This document shows, piece after piece, positions 50,903-64,000 of a DNA stretch of 64,000 nt (its first letter is position 1; each line of letters begins with the position of its first letter). Below the pieces are notes generated by a model. That model was given only the letters and a program-made list of their open reading frames with translations. It had not been told where the DNA came from and searched no databases. Made by a program: the position numbers and the translations under genes. The DNA is from Fonticula alba ATCC 38817 (taxonomy: Eukaryota > Protista > Nucleariida). The stretch lies in the NCBI GenBank assembly GCA_000388065.2, contig KB932201.1, one strand, 5' to 3'.

Positions 50903-51730
50903 GGGGATGGCTCTTGGCTTGGTCAGCGCGCGTAGGCGCGGGACAAGACAGGCGGACTTCGGAACTGGGCCTCACGTAGCCCAGGTGCACGCGCGCGATG
51001 CGGGCAGACAGGGGCGAGAGAGAGAGAAAGAGAGAGTGCGCGAGAGAGAGAAGAAGAGGGGAGGAGGGTAGGAAAGGCGGAAACGCCGAGCACCCGGACC
51101 GCAAGGGGCGGAATTTGGCGGTTGAAGGGCAGCAGACCCAGGAGCGGGCGGGAGGCGGCGAGGGCAGGGGGAAAGGGACACGGGCGCGAAGGACGAAAGG
51201 GGAGGGGGGCAGGGCGCAAGTGTTGAGTGCCCATGGGTCGGCTGCTGGCCGAGACGCCAGCTGAAGAGCGCCGCAGCGGCCGAGGCCATCCCAAGCTGTG
51301 CAAGGGCATGGGCCGATCCGCGCAAGATGCACACATCCTTGCACGGGGGGTGTCAACCGGGGGAGGGGGGGCCGCGGGGGGGGCGGCATCAGCCGAGCGG
51401 TGAGGGAGAGTTCTCACCCCCTCGACTCCAGGGGGGACAGTGACCGCGAACCTTGGTCATCCTTCCCCCGGGTGCTGGGGTCGGAGGGAGGGGGGCAGCG
51501 GGGCGGCGAGGCGGCAGGGTGAGGGGGGTGAGGGGGATGAGCCCCAACATCCCCATCTGACTTGAAGACAAACGCCACGCACCGGCGGGCTGGGGAAGTA
51601 TCCGAAAGTGGGAGCACAGTCAACAAGCAATTAATATGGGGCCAAAATCCCAACGCCAGTCGGCACCGTGCTCGCAGGCCCAGCCACCAGCGATGTGGCA
51701 CACGGGTGTTGGCGGCAAGGTGAGCGTCTA

Positions 51731-52007
51731 TGGGCATATAGTCCCAGTCGGCGTTGTGGGATTAATCACCGTGCGTTTCGGGGGCGCCCTCACGTGTGGC
51801 CTGGGGAGGCCCCTACGAGCCCTGCCGCTTGAGCCATCGCGGCCAGCCCCTGTCGCGCACGCACGCGCGCCCAAGTCGCGATCAGAGACAGCCCACAGCC
51901 AGGCAGGATCCTTTGCCCCTCTCTCTCGGATGGCGCGCGTAAAACTAGAGACAGCACCCGGAAGATGCTAGAGGAAGGCTTCCAGGAAGCGGCCCCCTTC
52001 CTGGGCA

Positions 52008-52045
<38 letters not shown>

Positions 52046-52271
52046 CATATGCCCAGATGCGATTCCCACAATGTGCCATAAGTAGGGGGGCCGCACACCC
52101 GCACTTCGGGATCTTTGATCGTCTGAGGGGCCCTCCTCGAGGCATGGTGGCACAGTGATGCGTGCGCGTGCGTACGCGCAAGTTCCCTCGCGCGCAGGAG
52201 GCCAACGACCAGCGTAGGTGGGATTGTGGGTGACATATTTAGTTGCCAACGGACAACTGACACATTGTGGG
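51731..52271. promoter_or_regulatory. Candidate cis-regulatory cluster upstream of SLC35D: four TTGTGGG motifs, an 11-bp inverted repeat and a 9-bp inverted repeat
   Basis: TTGTGGG at 51754, 52065 (reverse), 52224 and 52265. CCCACAATGTG (52065-52075) is the exact reverse complement of CACATTGTGGG (52261-52271). TGGGCATAT (51731) and ATATGCCCA (52027) are reverse complements. Function is inferred only. Confidence 0.4.
52009..52042. repeat. (AC)17 microsatellite
   Basis: Read directly. Confidence 0.95.
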
Positions 52272-52542
52272 TTACTCATTAATTCTCCTGTTCCGTGAGG
52301 CCTCGCTGGCCGTGCGACCAGCAGGAAACCGGGAGAGGGGGGGGAGAGAGACAGTAGAGCGAGGCAGAAATCGGCCATGCGGGCCATTTGCTGGTCATCC
52401 TCGAGGCAAGTCGGCCCCATTCGCCGGAGGGTTTCCCGACAAACGGGCATGCAGCATGCTTGTCGGGGGCTGCTCACTGAGAGAACCGACTGGGACGGCG
52501 AGACATGGCTTGCCCTCGGGACCCTCTTTGCCGGGGGGGGGG

Positions 52543-53153
52543 NNNNNNNNNNNNNNNNNNNNNNNNNNNNNNNNNNNNNNNNNNNNNNNNNNNNNNNNNN
52601 NNNNNNNNNNNNNNNNNNNNNNNNNNNNNNNNNNNNNNNNNNNNNNNNNNNNNNNNNNNNNNNNNNNNNNNNNNNNNNNNNNNNNNNNNNNNNNNNNNNN
52701 NNNNNNNNNNNNNNNNNNNNNNNNNNNNNNNNNNNNNNNNNNNNNNNNNNNNNNNNNNNNNNNNNNNNNNNNNNNNNNNNNNNNNNNNNNNNNNNNNNNN
52801 NNNNNNNNNNNNNNNNNNNNNNNNNNNNNNNNNNNNNNNNNNNNNNNNNNNNNNNNNNNNNNNNNNNNNNNNNNNNNNNNNNNNNNNNNNNNNNNNNNNN
52901 NNNNNNNNNNNNNNNNNNNNNNNNNNNNNNNNNNNNNNNNNNNNNNNNNNNNNNNNNNNNNNNNNNNNNNNNNNNNNNNNNNNNNNNNNNNNNNNNNNNN
53001 NNNNNNNNNNNNNNNNNNNNNNNNNNNNNNNNNNNNNNNNNNNNNNNNNNNNNNNNNNNNNNNNNNNNNNNNNNNNNNNNNNNNNNNNNNNNNNNNNNNN
53101 NNNNNNNNNNNNNNNNNNNNNNNNNNNNNNNNNNNNNNNNNNNNNNNNNNNNN
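52543..53153. other. Assembly gap (N) after a G-run
   Basis: Run of N. Confidence 1.
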
Positions 53154-53373
53154 CCGGAGTGCGCATGGCATTCAGAGGATCCGTGGCAGGGGTCGCCGGC
53201 GGCCGGGGCCTGGCCGCAGGGGAGCCCGCTGGCACCCCCGCGCGCGCACACACACACACACGCACACACGCACATCTCAGGCCTGGGCCAGGTGGAGAAA
53301 GGAGGGGCGCAGCGTGCAAGCAAAAATTCCGAAACCTCAAGCACACTATGGGAATTGGGAATGGCAAAGATAT

Positions 53374-53414
<41 letters not shown>

Positions 53415-53547
53415 ATGGAGGCGAAGCCCGGAAGGCAGCTTATGTATGTGTTTATTTTTTCGGAAAGTATAGGTTCATATGCGGCCATTCGCCCGACCTG
53501 CCTTCCTTGCCCGGTAGAGCACGCGGCCGTAAGACCCACCCGCCGGA

Positions 53548-54961
53548 CTAGGCACACACACGGGCTACCCCACGACGAGCCACCCAAATGGTGGCAAGGG
53601 TCAAGGCCAGCCGGGTCGGCAGGGTGGGAAGGATGCGCGCACCATGCGCTCCGGCCCACCAAACCCATGCATCATAAAGGAAGGTAGCCGGGAGCATGGC
53701 AGCCAGAAGCACCGACCAGGTGGTCATGCCCTTGGTTGAAAGGGCCGCTTGAGAGAGGACCACAAGCAGGAAGATCCCACCGAGGCCCAGGGTGCCGAGA
53801 GCCGCCCCGGTCGAGGCCCAGGCCGGTGCACAAACGGTGGCCGGTGTCGGAGCCGCGGGGAACGCCAACCGGTCATCGGTCCCACGCAGCTCCGACCCAT
53901 GGCGCGGCAGGTGGCTCACATGCGGCAGGGCCGGGGCCTTGGCACTGGTGCCCGGCTTCTCGATGGCCGAAAAGCGCATACGCATCAACCCCAGCGGCCG
54001 ACGAATCAGCTGGGGAACATCCAACTTCGGCGAAGACCCACCGGCCATGATGGTGAATTTGTAAAGACCATCACGGCCGAGGAAAAACTTGGAAGCCTGC
54101 TCAAGAGACTGCATGCGCGTGGTGATGGCGCGCAATCCAGCCGGCAAGGTTAGGCGAAGTGGCGAACAGGCAAGCAACGAGCAAGAAGTGAGTCACAAAC
54201 GGACCATCTCCACCACAAAGACCTGGGTCCCGCGCACGGACTCCAGATGGCCAGCCAGAGCAATGTCCGCAAGCACCGGCATGTGGTCTGCCTCGGCACG
54301 GGACAGGGACTTGATATTGGGGTCCTCCGACACCAGGGCAAAGTGCACCGCGTTGTAGGTAACCGGAATGGGATTCCCCCGGCCAGCGGCGGTGGCAAAC
54401 TCGATGCGGAAGCCAGTCGCGGCGCCGACTGGGGCGGAATTGGGGGCACTTCCATCGGCCTTTTCGGCTGTCGTCTTTGAGGCCAGTGCGGCGGCAGTAT
54501 CTCCCTCAGCCGGGAGAATGAGGGGCTCGGAGAGGAAGAAATCCGGGTCGGAGAAACTGACCGGGCGAGGGACATAGAGGGGCAAAGGGTCAGGAGCTGG
54601 AAGGCCAGAAAGATTGCGAAAGGGCCAACAGGAGGGGGGCGTGAAAAGCGAGTGAAATGTGGAGAGAGGGAGAGGGAGATAGGCGAGGGGAGGTGGGGGG
54701 GGGGGGGGGAGAAAGAGGGAAAGAGAGAGAGGGAAAGAGAGAATGAAGGAGGGAGGGAGAGAGAGGGAGGGGGGGGGGGGGAAGGAGAATGGAAAGGGGG
54801 CCAGGAACACACAGCTTGACCGTCGGCGAATCGGGAGAGCCAGCAATCACCCGCACGGCGAAAAACTCCAACTCGGCAGACAGGACCACGGAGAGGAGGC
54901 AGGCCAGGAGCCCCACAAGGAGGAGCCCCCGGCGCAGGAGGGCCGAGCAAGCGGAAGGCAT
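53548..54961 (-). CDS. RPN2: Probable oligosaccharyltransferase subunit ribophorin II/Swp1 (divergent), 3 exons
   Basis: N-terminal signal peptide (LLLVGLLACLLSVVLSA), lumenal domain with SKFFLGRDGLYKFTIMAG, LPHVSHL motif and three C-terminal hydrophobic segments ending in a basic tail. This is the Swp1/RPN2 architecture, but similarity is weak. Confidence 0.55.
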
Positions 54962-55595
54962 ACCCTCTTATCACTGGCTCGAGGGAAGAGAGAGGGGAGG
55001 GAGGCGCGGAAAAGAAAAAGAGGTAGAGCTGGAGAAAGGTAATGCGGGGAAGGGGAGGGGGGATTTGACGTCAGACGGTTGTTTTTGGCAAGAGGCCAGG
55101 CAGCGGAAAAAGGCGCGGACCAAATCGATGGAGGCTGGGGGCCGGGAGGGGCGCGGGGGGGGGTGTTGTGTTGTTTTCTTTTTCTTTTTTTTTGTGGTTG
55201 GGGGGGGGTGTGTGTGGAGAACAAGTGATGTGGTGAAGGGAGTTTGAAAATAGCCCCTCTGGTCATGCGTTTTTTGTTTATCACGAGATCGCGATCAGAT
55301 TTTGGTGTTTTGATTCCCTGTGGCCATGCCTGCGAGGCGTCCGAGGTCGACTTAACTTACATTCGTCCAATCGGCAGTTACGCGAGGCCTTCAGCATGCG
55401 GGGGTATACACACATGTGGGCGCACAAGTAGCTCGAACAAGAACCGCGACAATGGCACCCAGGACGAGAGAATTGAGGGAAGAAGAAGACAGGTAACAGC
55501 AACAAGGACAAGGGTAAATCTTCACTTTGAACAATCGGCCTGCTCATCCATGTCTATTGGTGGGGGGAGAAGGAACTGAAATCTATGACGAGAGC

Positions 55596-55715
55596 CTAGT
55601 TTCGCTTGTCCTCTTGGCCTTCCAGGTGTTGGGGATTATAGGGCCGTTGTAGCGTGAACTTTGGGAAGATTGAGAAAGTTCTGCGTGTTGTGGGGCCAAG
55701 AAAGAGGGAAAGAGG

Positions 55716-55762
<47 letters not shown>

Positions 55763-56573
55763 AGGGACAGGGAGAAGGGGAGGAACACAGTTAGTTGGCG
55801 GGGAGAGAGAGAGAGAGAGAGAGAGAAACAACATTGAGCAATGTCGTGTCGATGACGCACCCATCAGCTTTAGCCCGAGCCAGCGACTCATAGAGACGAT
55901 TGATGGCGGTCACACATCGATCGGAGATGAGCTGATCATCGTATGAGCTGCCAGCAGGATTGAGGCGTGGGCTCGATGGCAAGTTTTGAGCAGGCCGCAG
56001 GACGGGAGATTTGGCTGGCGGGGGATTGGGCGGGGAATGGGGAGGCAGAATCTCTCGCGCCGAGTCACCCTCTGACGGGGGGGGATTTGGTGTCGAGCGA
56101 GTATCCTTGGGGTCGGTGGCTCTCCCGGAAGTCCGAGACTGAAGACTCATCAAGGGACGCAGGGCACCCATGCCCATGGTTGGCGATGTCAGGGGCGATG
56201 AGCTCAAGGAGGGAGTCAAGCTATGGGAGTCGAGGCTGTCGCTGTCCGAGCAATCTGAGAGACGGATAAAGTCGTCTCCGCCACCATTGGCTGGAGGCTG
56301 GTCAATAGGGGGGACCAGTTCAGCAAGAATGGCGCTGGTGTTCGTGGGGGCGGCCGGCTGATCGGGTCCATGACGCCCAAGAACGGCTGGCGAATGGAGC
56401 AACGCGCAGTCATCGCGATTGGGGCAATACCGGCCATTGGACTTTTGCCAGTCGGGACAGTCCCATGTGTGGAGTTTGTCACAGTGCAGCCCTTTGGCGC
56501 AGAAACCTGGGGCCATCGGCACATTAGTCCATCCGTCTTGATTGAAGGAAAAATGGCACAAAGGACAGAGAGG

Positions 56574-56608
<35 letters not shown>

Positions 56609-57352
56609 ACAGAGAGAGGCATATTGAGTACCATTTTGGAAGGCCGGGCAGGTCGGGGCATTCGGATCAACACGGAGGTGCACAAAGCGACAGGGCCGGG
56701 GCCCCGGTTCGGGGGCCACTGGGAGGCTGTCATCTATCCCAAGCGGATACATGCCAAGGCCATGGTCTACGCAACGACCTCTCAAGTACTTCTGGCAGTG
56801 CGGGACCCGACAAGGGTCGAGATCATGCGAAAACCGACAGATCGGCGGGTCATCCGGTCTGGCTGGCAAATCAGAGCCTGGAGAAGAAACAAAGACGCAT
56901 TGGTACTTTTTTCGTTTGCGGGGGAAAGACAGATGGTGAGTGCGGTTTCCCCGACCGGGAGGAGGAAGGCCAGTGACCGGGACCTCCCCAAAGTACCTTG
57001 AGGAAACGGTGGCACACGCGCACTTGCTCGAGGTGATGAGCAAAGTTGCACTTGTCCTTGAAGCGACAAAAGCCGGATCGGTGAAAGAAGGTGCAGAGGG
57101 TCTTCTTGTGCGAGCGCTTGGTAGCCTGTGTGGGGGCCGGCAGGGGACGCTTAGCTTTTGGAGGCTTTCTGAGGATCATGGACACGGAGGAGCTGGACTT
57201 GCTCTTGATATACTCGCTGGGAGCTGGGGCGACCACTGTATCGGTGGGAGTACCCGCGGCGGCGGCGGTGGTGCTGGCGGTGGTGCTGGCGGTGGTGCCG
57301 GCGGCTGCTGACGCTGCTGCCGCTGCTGCTGCTGCTGTTACTATTGTTGTTA

Positions 57353-57383
<31 letters not shown>

Positions 57384-57545
57384 TAGACTTGCCCTGGTGG
57401 GCGGGCGTTGAGCGAAAACCACCGACTTGGTTTTGGCATTCGGCTTGGTTTTCTTGAGCTTAGCTTTGGCCGCGGCGGCGGTACTGGCTCGCAGGGCAGT
57501 CTGGTTGATGTCTGGATTAATCCAGCGCATGTTTCGCTTGCCCAT
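55596..57545 (-). CDS. ZC3H3: Five-CCCH zinc-finger protein, ZC3H3/Red5 type (nuclear RNA surveillance); start may be 57620
   Basis: Tandem fingers LCTFFHRSGFCRFKDKCNFAH, VCHRFLK..C..CRFSH, PHCQKYLRGRC..CRFVH, TCPAFQNGFCAKGLHCDKLH and DCPDWQKSNGRYCPNRDDCALLH, in the same order and spacing pattern as ZC3H3. The last exon follows a GTGCGT donor. Confidence 0.8.
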
Positions 57546-58667
57546 TGGATGGATGGAAGGTGAGCTGCTGGCTGCATGAGCAGGGGCATTGGGTTTGTGT
57601 GGGGCCGGATCCGGCGGCATCGCAAGAGCAGGACCGATCGAAGTCGCTACTGGGGGGTTGGCAGCGGTTGCCCCCGGCGCGGGTGGTGCATGCGCAGGAT
57701 TGGCTGACCGGTGTCGATGATAACAGCGTCAGTGGGTGGTGAGCTCGTGGGAGTGGTTACTTTGGGGAGGTAATGGGCGAAGCCAGTCGAAAGGGGGTGG
57801 GGGGGTGGAGGGTGTTTATGTGTGCGTGTGCCTGTGCCGGTGCGTGTGTGTGTGTGTGTATGATGCCTGGAACGCACTGGCTTGGGATTTCTGGGCGACA
57901 GGCGATTCCGGTGTTGCTAGCTTAGACTTGGCTGACTTGCTGGGTGCTCTTTTAGTCGCGGGTGGCATGGAGAGGGAAAGGGCGAGCCGATGAAGGGAGC
58001 TTCAGAAGCAAGTGCCATGTAAATGGGCGGAGAGGGAGGGAGGGAGAGATGGGGGGAGGGGATCGAGCAAGATAGAGATAGGGGGGTGAAGGGGGGGGGG
58101 GGGGGGGTATTTCCAAAGTCTCAGAGGATGGACCTCTTAGCCCGAAGAAAATTGTAAGTGCTTTGGGAAGGGAGAAAGAGGAGAAAGGCGGACAAGAGAG
58201 AGGGCGAAAGAAAGGGAAAGAGAGCCCGATCGTGGCGCAGCCTTCCTCGCGGGGAGGACAACGACAAAGATCAACCTCCACAAGCTTGGAGCCGCAGGTC
58301 CTCGCGGGGGCGAATCACCAAGGTACCCACGGACCGCATGTTGATCGGATTCCCTCTCTCCTGGCTGCTCGAGCCACTGAACCGCACGGAACGTGTCTCC
58401 CGAGGATGGTAAACCCTTTTCCCGTGGATGAAGCGCTTGCCTAGCAGCAGCAACAGCAGCAGCAAGAGGGGGGCGGGGCAGGGGCGGACGACCCCCCCGA
58501 CAACTCCGCGCTTCCTCAGGAGGAGCGGGTGGTCCTGTGACGTGGGGTACATCAGGACGCAGGTCCACTCGTGATCTTTCCGGGTCTGGGTGCATCGCGC
58601 TCCGTGGGGCCTACGTGAGCATACCGGAGGGCATTCTGCACCCCTTCCGTCCGGCCTCCCGTCCCCC

Positions 58668-58668
<1 letters not shown>

Positions 58669-58706
<38 letters not shown>
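58669..58706. repeat. (GT)19 microsatellite
   Basis: Read directly. Confidence 0.95.
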
Positions 58707-58708
<2 letters not shown>

Positions 58709-58859
58709 CCCCAAATTGTCTCAATGAGTTTTCCCCCATTTGCCGGGGTGCAAACAGGCCGCCCTCCAGGAAACGGCCAGGCCGCCCCGACCCGGGCCGC
58801 GGAGGGTCGGCCAGGGAGGAGAGAGACCCGGAGCTGGGGCGCTGGGATGCTGTTGGGTT

Positions 58860-58862
<3 letters not shown>

Positions 58863-58942
<80 letters not shown>
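58863..58942. repeat. 80-nt G homopolymer between ZC3H3 and PTEN
   Basis: Read directly; the exact length may be an assembly estimate. Confidence 0.85.
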
Positions 58943-58943
<1 letters not shown>

Positions 58944-60094
58944 AGAAATCCGGCTCGACCGAGGGGACGGGGGGGGGGGGGGGGGGAGGAACGACGGCGG
59001 GAAGTGTGCCCCGGCTTTTGAGCATGCTCAGGTTGCCGGGACACAGAAAGGGGACTATTGTGACAATAATAATGGGCCCCGATTTTTGCCTTGGCCTTGG
59101 GCGTCGGTGCAATGTGGCCACGCCGAGACGCATGCCTGGCCTAGGGCCCTCCAACCGGTCAAAGAGGGATCCTCCAGGCTGTCTCAGACGGTGTCCGCGG
59201 CCCCTGGCCCTGGCGCCTTTGGGCTCCCTCTCCCGCCCGAGGGTGGGGCGCGGGGGAAAACAAATAACAACAAGATGGGACGGCCCTGAGGGGGGGCGGG
59301 ACAACTCGGGGGGGGCGCGGCACCCCGAGGGCCCGGGGGCGCGCGCCGAAGGGGGACCAGGGGGGGAGGGGGGGGGGGGGGGGGGTGGGGGGCGGGGGTG
59401 GGTGCAGCGGGCGGCGGAGGGGAGGGGGGTGCGGGGGAGAGACAAGGAAGGGGGGGGAGGGATTGGGGGCAGGGGTGGGTGGGGGGGGGGGGTGTGCTCG
59501 CGCGTGCGCGGCCGTGCTCGCGAAATCCCCCACCCCAACTCGGTCCCGGGTGACGAGGAGCCAGGGCGTCAGTCGGGTGTGGGCACCCTCTCAACGGACC
59601 TTCTTCCTGCACTGTGGTGGGTTTGGGAGAGTGTGCGAGAGGACCCGGGGCACATCTTCGGACCAAGCCCCGCCCGCCGACGACCCATACGCGTCCGCGT
59701 GCGGGCTTGGGGCCCGTACGGCATTGACAACCGGCAAATTGCAAACTCCCAAGGAGATACTGAAAAAGAGGCGCCGCCCGGGCCTCATCCCAGTTGTCAG
59801 GGCACCCCCCTTCTTTCCCCTCCCTCCCCCCCCCTCTCTCTCCCTCGCTCTCTCCCCCCTTCCCTCTCATCTCCCCCCTCCTCCCTGTCTCCCTTTCCCT
59901 CCCCCCTCCTTCTCCCCCTTTCCTCCGACCTTAGCTGCCTTCCTCCTCTCAACGAGAGGCCCACTTTTTCCGCGCCGAGGTTCGTCCGCTGTCGCGTCCT
60001 TCTCTGCGCCCTGGTCCCCGTCCCCGCCTTTTGTTTCGTTTCAATTCGCTCACTCCCGTCGACCTCCCATCTTCTTGAACATCACATACAGAGC

Positions 60095-63215
<3,121 letters not shown>

Positions 63216-63527
63216 GCGGCAACATGTCTTTGCACAAGCCTCATCTCTGCCTCCTTTCTTCCCCACCTGTCCTTGTCCTTTTCCCTCCTTCTCCTCCCTC
63301 TGCCTCTTTTGTGTGTGTGTGTGTGTGTCTGTACGTGCGTGCACGCGCGCGTGCGCGCGCCGCCCCACCTGCGGTTTTGCGCTGGCGTCCTCCATTATTT
63401 TATCCCCCCATCCTGTTGTCTCCCTTTCCCGCTTTGTATATTCCGTTCCCCCTGCAGGCGGCTCTTCCTCCATGATAAACCATCCAACCACTTTTCCTGC
63501 TTTCTGTTCTGATTCCTTTCGAGGTCC

Positions 63528-63530
<3 letters not shown>

Positions 63531-63588
<58 letters not shown>
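63531..63588. repeat. (GT)25 followed by (GC)4
   Basis: Read directly. Confidence 0.95.
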
Positions 63589-63589
<1 letters not shown>

Positions 63590-64000
63590 ACGTGGGAGGC
63601 AACGCCCACCCTCGCCTCATTGTATCCTCGTCGGGGGGGGGGGCGCCGTCACCGAGTACCTGGTCGAGGATCTCATGGGATTCGTCAGGCCCCATGCCGC
63701 GGGCCAGGACACATGACCTACCTACACTTCGCAATGCGATTACACGGAATGGCGTTTGTTTCTCGGATCGCCGCCCGCTCACATTGTGAAAGTCCCCAAC
63801 TCAGCACGCCGCTCGGTGCGTGGCTCCTCGGGAGAGACCCCCCCCCCGTGTGTCCTTGCCCCGCTCGCCGGCCGGGTGCACTCCCCAGGCGGGTCCAGCG
63901 AAGAGTGCATCGACCGGTATCGAAACCCGGGGACAGTGGGGGCCAGACCGAGCGGGGGCCCGCAGGGCGAGTAGGCAGTGGAAGCGATGCCGGCGGGGGG

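Noticed and set aside
56101-56108. GTATCCTT, a U12-type 5' splice-site consensus
   Set aside because: It lies antisense within ZC3H3 coding sequence (PKDT codons), with no matching minor-intron branch site or gene on that strand.
58405-58425. TAAACCCT resembling a telomerase template or telomeric repeat
   Set aside because: A single isolated match with no tandem repeats or other supporting features.

Overview
Eukaryotic, GC-rich, intron-rich genomic DNA with six assembly N-gaps. Introns are GT-AG, with donors such as GTGCGT/GTACGT, CTRAC/CTCAC branch-like motifs and C/T-rich tracts. The style and gene mix suggest a unicellular opisthokont such as Fonticula; this is inference, not proven here. 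I read 13 protein genes: RalGAP-alpha (5'-partial), Nup205/Nup192, a large low-complexity protein of unknown function, proteasome beta4 (PSMB2), an NCoR/SMRT/Snt1-type DAD-SANT corepressor, gamma-secretase APH-1, exosome RRP42, proteasome beta6 (PSMB1), ribulose-phosphate 3-epimerase, an SLC35D nucleotide-sugar transporter, a probable ribophorin II/Swp1, ZC3H3/Red5 and PTEN. I recognised no tRNA, rRNA, snRNA, CRISPR array or transposon. The main oddities are: (1) recurrent in-frame insertions inside conserved domains, including a 180-bp insert in the SANT domain bounded by an 11-bp near-direct repeat; (2) competing 3' splice sites in ZC3H3; (3) a Nup205 that seems to lack its N-terminal ~400-550 aa; (4) a very long tail on the SLC35D transporter; (5) an AG-free intron ending in a (GAT)n array; (6) PTEN intron positions shared with human; (7) a TTGTGGG motif cluster upstream of SLC35D. 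Family calls come from remembered motifs, not database searches, and gene ends near gaps are approximate.
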